A stretch of DNA of 64,000 nucleotides from the NCBI RefSeq assembly GCF_009914755.1, contig NC_060941.1; one strand, written 5' to 3'. The DNA is from the human T2T-CHM13v2.0 reference genome, Homo sapiens. How positions within the stretch are numbered: position 1 is the stretch's first letter; each line of letters begins with the position of its first letter. The notes below the pieces were generated by a model that saw nothing but the letters and a program-made list of their open reading frames with translations, was not told the DNA's origin and did not search any database. Positions 52,741-64,000 of this stretch are shown in pieces. The translations under genes were made by a program, and so were the position numbers.

Positions 52741-53619
52741 TCCCTTCTTACATTGTGGCCTGGAAATGCTTTCAAGGCAATAAGTGGGCAGTCACAGGAT
52801 TTGCCTCATTTGTTTTCCATCTGAGGAACCACTGTTTTTCATTGCCTTATGTCTGCTGTCTTAAAACCTATTGTTTCATATATTTTGTGTAAAGGTTTGT
52901 TTATTGCTTTAGGTGGGAGGGTTAATCTAGTGCCGCTTACTCCATCTTGGCCAGAAGTGGAAATTCATGTCAAATTTTTAAGAAGAATGTTATAGATGGA
53001 GTAGACCAGAACATAAACCAGTGTCTCATTAGAAGGTAACCGTCTTGGTAGTTAGAATTAGGTTCTCCATAAGCTACAATGCATATTGTACTTACAATAA
53101 TGAAGAGTTAAATGAGTCATTGTTTACATAACAATAAACTTAACATGTAACATTAGCAAGACTTTAGTTACTAAATGGATGGATGTGGATCCAGCCTTCT
53201 CAATAACTTTTCTAAATGAAAGTGAGTCTTAAAAAAAAAAATTCATACTGTCCTCTCTAAATACTAACTCTGAGGCATTTTCCCCCTTCCCCCAGCTTCC
53301 TATAGGAAATACTATTCACCGATTATAAGTGCCTTGGCTAGTATCCAAGTCTTACCTGTGACATGCACAGAGCTTGGAAAATGGTTTTTCTTCCCTCTCG
53401 TTATTTAATAGTCTTCTTGTTTATGACAGTAGCCTTTAAACAGGGAATGTGTTCCTGAAAGATGGCAAACAAATGATTTCATTTTCTTTTATTATATAGT
53501 ACAGAGCAGTGATTTTCAAAGGCTGGGTTTGCATCCTTAACTGTCTTCCCCTAGCCTTCCTGTTCTACCAAAACCAAGTCTATACACATTTCTCTGCAGT
53601 TGAGAGTGGAAATCATATT

Positions 53620-55185
53620 AGCTTTATTCACAAATCCGTTTACTAAACATTATGGAATGTACATACCCTCTGACAAGAACTGGAATGTACATACCCTCTG
53701 ACAAGAACTGTAGTAACACTAGGTTGGATGATTATGGTGGGGTGAGTTAATGAGATGCAAGGGTAGCAGTGTAGGGATGGACATCATCATGTCAGATACA
53801 AATATTTGGTGGCTTTATACAAAAGAAATGTGAGAGATGCAAGATTATCCATTAAAATAAAAGCAAAACATCTTGAGAACCTAAATTATATGGCTATCAT
53901 TCATTGAGAACTTCCTAGGTTCTGATTAAGGACTTAACATACATTTCCTCGTTTAACCTTATCAGGTAGATGCTCTTATTATCCTCATTTTACAGATGAC
54001 AAAACAGGCTTAGAGTGAACCAGCAACCCCTCCAAGATTACAGCACTATAAACAACAGTGGAATGGGAAAAGAGGAAAGGGATTATATCTAAGAGATATT
54101 CCTCAAGAATAATTGATAAGACCTGTGACAAATTAGTTGTAATGATTAAGGAGGAAGAAATTATGGGTAAGTCCCAAGTTTCTATCTTGGAAGACCAGAC
54201 AGATGGTGATATTTCATTAACTGTGGTAACAAATGGAAAAGAACGAATAGATTAAGGTAAGCGAGATAAATTTAGCTTTAAACATTTTAAGTTTGAGATT
54301 TCTATTGGATATCCAAGCAGATAACTCTTCTAAGTTGTTGGAAATGCTGTACAGGAATGAGGTCTAGAATAGAATAAACTTGGGCACCATCACCACTTAG
54401 ATTGTGTGAAAGACACTAGTGTCTTCCTTTGAGATTGATAAGAAAAAAACAATAAAATATAGAACCTAGGATTGGCAGTATTTTAAAGATGGGCAGAAAG
54501 CAGGAGTCATTAAAGATATATCAGGAGGAGAAGACAAGAAAAGAACTGGAAGAAAGTGTCGTCACGTTAAGCCCAAGAAAGGAGGCTATTTCAAAAAGTG
54601 GGGATGGGTAAACAGTGTGAAATACTAAAAAGTGATTAAGAAGCATAAAGACTGAAAATAAATAATTTGATTTAACAGAAAGTCTTTAGTGACTTTAACT
54701 AAAACAATTAGAGCAGAATATTTTGGGTGGAAGCCAGGCTATAAATTATTGCTATGAAAGTGAAAATTGCAAACATGGTTCTTTCCAAACTTTGGGTGGT
54801 AAAAGGAAGAATGGAGATGAAGAAGCAGCATCAAAGGGAAGATGGCTCAAAAAGGGCCAATATGTTTTGGTATCCTTTTTGTTTAGTTTTGTTTTAAATA
54901 AGTGTGTGTGGGATGGGGTGATTATGATTACACTGGATGTCTCTGTTGGCTTGATGATATGGATGGTGATAACAGCTAACACAGTTAACAGCCAGACACT
55001 GTCCTAAGCACATCACATGTATTAACTCATTTTATCTCCATGGTATCATTAACCCTATTTTAAACATGAGGAAACTGAAATATCAATAACATAAGCAGCT
55101 AGCCTAAGCTTGCACAGAGATACGATGCAAACTGAGGCAGCCTGACTCCAAGTCCACAGTTTACCCTCCCTGCTATATGCTTCCC
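53620..55185 (-). mobile_element. L2 fragments interspersed with two MIRs (~53890-54060, ~54965-55185)
   Basis: L2 aaacattttaagtttgagatttctattggatatccaag; MIR tatcctcattttacagatga and atgaggaaactgaa. Confidence 0.65.
53653..53710 (+). repeat. Perfect 28-bp tandem duplication
   Basis: tggaatgtacataccctctgacaagaac twice. Confidence 0.95.
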
Positions 55186-55949
55186 TGCTCACCCAAAAAA
55201 GCGATTCTGCTTTATTTATTCTAATTTTCTTTACAGAATGTATCTAGAGTGAACATTTTTCAGACCATTATCTTTAGAGTGTGTTTTAGGACCTGATTCA
55301 AATTGCTTTCCGTTCTTCAAAAACTTATTTCCTGGGATAGGAATAGCTGCCCACTCTAGTCCTATTCCTGAGCACCAAGAATAAACAGACTTGACTCTTG
55401 TAAATGGAAGAATGAGTTTCTTCTAGAAACTCAGTAGAAAAATGAGCTCCTACTATGGCCTTAAGTATTAAGAAAAAATAAGTGTGTGTTTTGCCTTTTG
55501 TTTGGTGCTAATGTGATACCAGGTTTTGTATGAAGCACATGTGTTTTCCCTGTTTTATGTAGAGAATAGCATGCATGGAATGAACCCCAAAAATAAGCCC
55601 CAAATTATCTTTTGCTCAAAGGAACAGAGGTACTTCGAGGCTAGACTTTATAGTCATTATAGAAGAATGTGAGGAAATACAACTCTGCTTTTATTTGCAC
55701 CAGACTTTGGCTGTGTTACACTTTCTTCTGCCAGTCCTGTGACTGACTTCTCTTTAAATGATTCATGGTTGTTTTCCATGAATAAATATGCATTAGTCAA
55801 GATCCAGTTAGAGCCCCCACTTCCCCTTCCCCTCTTTTCCCTAGCTGCAGCTGTTTATATTTGCATTTGACTGGACAGATCTGTTAGCCTTAATGTGTTT
55901 TTCTTTGTTTATTAAAGGTTTACACTTTGCCTTAGTTGAAGAAAGGTAA

Positions 55950-56245
55950 GGATTTTTTTTGTTTTTGTTTTTTTTCCCGTGGGTGCCCGCCACCCACCCA
56001 CCCAGAGTGCAGTACCATAATCACAGCTCACTGCAGCCTCAACCTCTTGGACTCAAGCTATCCTCCCACCTCAGGCTCGGACTACAGCCACATGCCACCA
56101 CACCCAGCTAATTTTTGTAATTTTTGTAGAGATGAGGTTTTGCCATGTTATCCAGGCTCATCTTAAACTCCTGGGCTCAAGCAGTCTTCCCACCTTAGCC
56201 TCCTAGAGTGCTGGGATGATAGGCATGAGCCACTGCACCCAGCCC
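55950..56245 (-). mobile_element. AluJ with remodelled 3' end
   Basis: Antisense dimer; expected gagacagggtctcactctgtcacccaggctg replaced by cccgtgggtgcccgccacccacccaccca. Confidence 0.85.
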
Positions 56246-56411
56246 CTACATTTTCTTTATAAGCCTAGATATATAATTACAATTATTGATGATCTCACAG
56301 AAACTTTCCTAGAAGGAATTCATTTGTCTGCCATAAGCCTAATTTACATTGAAGAGATAGACACAGTGATTAAAGACTGGAGGAGTTCTTAAATCCTTAA
56401 AGAAACTACTA

Positions 56412-56706
56412 GGCCAGGCGTGTTGGCTCATGGCTGTAATCCCAGCACTTTGGGAGGCCAGAGCTGGCAGATTGCTTCAGTTCAGGAGTTCGACACCAGC
56501 GTGGTAAATGGTGAAACCCTGTCTCTACAAAGAAATACAAAAATTAGCCCGGCATGGTGGCATGTGCCTGTGTCCCAGCTACAGGAGGCTGAAATGGGAA
56601 GATTGCTTGAGCCTGGGAGGTTGAGACTGCAGTGGGCTGTGATCACACCACCGCACTCCATCCAGCCTAGGCGACAGAATGAGACCCTGTCTTGAAAAAA
56701 AAACAA
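56412..56706 (+). mobile_element. Alu (J-like)
   Basis: Dimer; TSD aaagaaact. Confidence 0.88.
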
Positions 56707-58339
56707 AAAGAAACTGCCTTCCCAAGTTTATCTTTTTTGTATGCCCTATTAGAATGCTTTTCCTTTTTATGTTTTTCCCCATTTTATTAGAAAAATTTCC
56801 AGATATACAAAATGGAAGAATTTTACAACAAACACTCATATGCCCACCAACTTGATTTCATCATAAACATTTTACTGTCTTATTTTATCACATCTGTTCA
56901 TCTACCTATCTCTTTATGCACCTATCATTTTTTATGCATTTCAAAGTAAATTGCAGGTATTAGTATACTTTACTGGAATGCTTTTAGAAGGGTGGAGTGG
57001 TCTTCCTGCTCTGTTGCTGCCTTGGCTGTACCATTTTCTGGGTGCTGCGGATAAGAAAGTCACATTCTGTTGCTAAATGATATGGATTAGTTCATCTTTT
57101 TTCCTTAGCTCAGCTATAGTTGGGATGATAACTTGTCACTGAATTCCTTCAGTGGTTTCTGCCTTAGAAAATCTCTTGGAAACCAGCAGATATTCAAAAT
57201 AAAGAAACATTTATTTAGGCATGTGAACCCCACAGAGAATATTCATTACATTCATCCCCGTAATGCAGGCCAACAGTGCTTTCTTGTTCATATGTTCTAA
57301 ATTTATAGTCGAGTACATAGAAAGTAGGGCTTTCTTTTATCATATTGATCTGATAAAAGCCCTAGGTTTTGAGGTACAGAAACCATCCATTTCTGGGCTG
57401 TACAGACACCATTTTTGGTGTCTACAGTTGTTTTGCCATATGGTACTGGGCTAATTTTGTCTGTGTTCCTCTCTTGAGGCTTTTGTGAATTAATTACGTT
57501 TTTAGAAAATTTTTTAAATAACTTTTTAAAATGTCAAAGCTTTCTCAGTAGAATAAAATATGATGAGGCATTATGTCAACATGAGAACAAGTTATCTTAA
57601 TAGACTATTTCTCAGAAACTGAGGCCTTTGAGTCTGTACTTATTCCATGTTATAAATTAGCATTAGTCATATTCATGAAAGCCTCCTTTGAAACAACATG
57701 TAAAGTAATCTTGGACCTGAAGAGATAAGTCTATTTAGAAAGCAACGAAGTCTCTGAATAGTTCTCCACTCTGGAAAGGTCATCTCTGGCCAAGCATGAA
57801 AATTCCTAAAGGGAAGTACAAAGAGAGATAAGGGGAAAGAAGCTGGCTTAGCCAGTCATATAAGCCTAATCAATTCTGGTCGTCAGTGGGATAACTCATG
57901 CCACATTCAGATGTAATAATCAAATCCTTTAGAACAAATACAACATAATATAATAGAAAAGGCCTGGATTTTAGAGTGAGAACTAGGTTTTGGGTCTAGT
58001 TCTTAAACTAACTACATGGCCTTACATCCCTATAAGACTAATTAGACTTGTCCATAAAAATACTATAAGAATTTTATGAGGGGCCCATAATTCCGTTTGT
58101 CAGGAGAGCCCACAACTGAGGCAGTCCTGGGTGAGGTTTATCTCCCTCTTTTTACCTCCCCAAGTCATGGAGCCAGCTGATCTTTCTATTTCCTGTTTCC
58201 TGCCTAAGACTACTCAGCTAGAGCTCAGTGCATCTGTCTGAATGTCTGCTTTTCCATCAAGGGCTCTCAGATGCCCAAGAAACCCCCTGAGTGGTTAGCT
58301 ACTTCCTGCTATCAAATGGCATCACAGAAAAGCAGAGTA

Positions 58340-60915
58340 AGAAGCTCTAAGAATCAGTCCTTGCCCTGAAGCAACCATTAAGCTGGCAAAAAATGACAAA
58401 ATCATCTTTTTCAGAATTCTGGAATCTAATCAAAACTTAAAGCTACAAGAGGAGTGCCTAATGAAGAAAGAGGTTACTCAATTTCAGCATTTAATGAAAT
58501 CTGTCAGATCACTGGCTGACCACTGAGATAATAGAAGAGAGACTTCAGTGACTACACACAATAAGGAGTAGAGTCATTGCAAAAATTGTTTGGAAAAGTC
58601 ACTAAAGGGACAACAGTAGGGCCAAAATAAGCAATAACAGCAAGCCCTGTGAAGGAGGCAGAATCTGATATCCAGACTTACCACATTATAATATTCAGAA
58701 GGCACAGTTTTTGATACAAAATGACAAGGCATACACAGAAATAGGAAAGTTTGGCCTATTCACTGGAAAAAATAAATTGACAGAAGCCATCCCTGAGGCA
58801 GCTGAGACATTGGACTTATCAAACAAAGACTTTAAATCAGCTGTATTAAATAGGGTCAAAGAGCTAAAGGAAACCATGGATGAAAGGATACCAGGAGAAC
58901 AATTTATGAGCAAATAGAGTATATCAACAGAGACAGAAATTATAAAAAGGAAACAAATAGAAATTCTGGAGTTGAAAAGTACAATAGATAAAATTTAAAA
59001 TTGACCAGAGAAGTTCAACAGATTTGAGTAGGCAGAAGCAGAAGAAATAGTGAACTCGAAGATAAACAGTTGGAATTATTCAGTCTAAAGAAGAGAAAGA
59101 AAAAAGAATATGGAAAAATGAACAAGCCTACAAGATCTGTGGAACATCATCAAGTTTGTAAATGTGCACTTGAGAGTCTCAGGAGAAGAGAAAGTGAAAG
59201 GGTCAGAAAAAAAAATCTACAAAAAGCAAACAAACAAACTTGAGCTAATAACATGAATTCAGCAAAGTTGCTGGATACAATATCAGCTCACAAAAAGCAG
59301 TTATGCTTCTTCTATATACTGTATTAATGTTTAATGTTGTTAAGATATTGGTACTACCCAAAGGAGTCTACAAATACAACACAATCCCTAGCAAAATTCC
59401 AACAGCCTGTTGGGCAGGAATGGAAAAGGAAATTCTCAAATTCACATGGACTTGCAAGGGGCCCTGAATAGCCAAAATGATATTGAAAAAGAACAAAGTT
59501 GGAAGTGTCAAACGTCCCAATTTCAAAACTTGTCATAAAGCTGTATTAATCAAAACACTGTGATACTGGCATAGGAATACACATAAAAGACCAATGTAAT
59601 ACAGTTGAAAGTCCAGAAATAAACCCCATACATCTATAGCCAATTGCTTTTCAACAAGGGTGCTAAGTCTAGGAAAGAATAGTCTCTTCAGCAAATGGTA
59701 CTGAGACAACTGGATATCTACCTGCAAAAGAATGAAGTTGGACCCTACCTCACACCATACAGAAAACTCAAAATGAATCAACAACCTAACCTACAGATAA
59801 GAGCTCCAACTGTAAGACTCTTAGAAAAAGAGTACAGGAAAAATCCTCATGACCTTAGATTGGGCAAAAGATTCTTAGCTATGACACCAAAAGCATGAGG
59901 AACAGCAGTAACCAAAAAATAAGATATTTTGAACTTCATTAAAATTAATTTTGTGCATCAAAGGACACTGTGAAAAAAATGAAAAGACAGCCCACAAAAT
60001 GGGAGATAATATTTGCAAATCATGTATCTGATAAGGGTCTAGTATCCAGAATATATTAAAAAAACTCCTACAAGTCAACAACAAAAAGACAACCCAATTT
60101 AAAAATGAATAAATGACTTGAATAGACATTTTTCAAAGAAGATATACAGATGTCTAGCTTATGAAAAGATGTTCAACATCATCAGTCATTAGGGAATGCA
60201 AATTAAAATCACAGTGAGATACTATTTTACACCCCCTAGGATGGCTGTAATAAAAACAAAAAAAACTAACAAGTGTTAATGAGGATTTGGAAAAATAGGA
60301 ACTCTTGTACATTGCTGGTGGGAATGTAAAATAGTACAGCCACTGTGGAAAACAGTTTAGTGGTTCCTCATATAGTTAAACATAGAATTGCTATATGATC
60401 CAGTAATTTCATTTTTAAGTATCTACCACAAAGAATTGAAAACAGGTGCTCAAATACATACACACGAATATACACAGCACCACTATTTGTAGTAGCCAAA
60501 GGTAGAAACAATCCAAATATTCATCAGTGGATGAATGGATAAGCATCATGGTATATATGTACAATGTATATTATTCAGCCATCAAAAGGAATGAAGTACT
60601 GATACAAGCTACAACATGAATGAACCTTGAATTATGCTAAGTGAGAGAAGACAGACACAAAATGTCACATCTCGTTTGTGAGATATCCAAATAAGGAAAT
60701 CCACAGACACAGAAAGCGAATTGTTTGCCAGAGACGTGGGAAGGGAGCAATGGAGAATAACTCTTTAGTAATATAGGGTTTTATTTTGGAGCAACAAAAA
60801 TGTTTTGGAACTAGATAGAAGTGGTGGTTGTGCAATATTGTGAATGTACTAGATGCCATTGAATTGTACACTTTAAAGTGGTTAATTTTATATTAATTTC
60901 ACCTTGATTTTAAAA
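58340..60915 (+). mobile_element. L1MB-type element (5'/ORF1 remnant, deleted ORF2, 3' UTR)
   Basis: ORF1-like ETLDLSNKDFKSAVLNRVKELKE; ORF2 C-terminal text; 3' UTR ggaactagatagaagtggtggttg...tgaattgtacactttaaa. Confidence 0.8.
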
Positions 60916-60962
60916 AACTTATGTGAAGAATATATGTAAAAACCTACAATCATGAGATTTCC

Positions 60963-64000
<3,038 letters not shown>

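Noticed and set aside
55210-55260. Good acceptor-like ttctaattttctttacag as the next TANC2 exon
   Set aside because: The downstream sequence does not encode the expected TANC2 continuation, and no convincing donor follows.

Overview
AT-rich, CpG-poor primate (human-like) DNA from inside a large + strand gene. I recognise the gene from its peptide as TANC2 (TPR, ankyrin repeat and coiled-coil containing 2), a neuronal postsynaptic scaffold. Only two coding exons are present, 30-293 and 29963-30088. Both are phase 1-1 and splice in frame (...PRPNSVA|[18 protein letters not shown]...). The rest is intron dominated by fossil mobile elements: Alu/FLAM, L1 (mostly antisense), L2, MIR, MaLR/ERVL LTRs, hAT and Tigger MITEs, a complete but dead Hsmar2 mariner carrying a THE1B LTR, and a relic of an RTE-clade LINE. 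The other ORFs in the track are repeat-derived or chance. The least explained signal is three, possibly four, patches of about 130-340 bp (near 3.8-4.1, 12.6-12.8, 36.45-36.7 and perhaps 25.3-25.4 kb). In the three clearer ones an old repeat consensus continues in order but is interleaved with short, CpG-containing, palindrome- and micro-repeat-rich filler. The window also carries several single fold-back or templated-insertion scars and fresh tandem duplications. Repeat subfamily names come from recalled consensus sequences, not a database search, and boundaries without TSDs are approximate.
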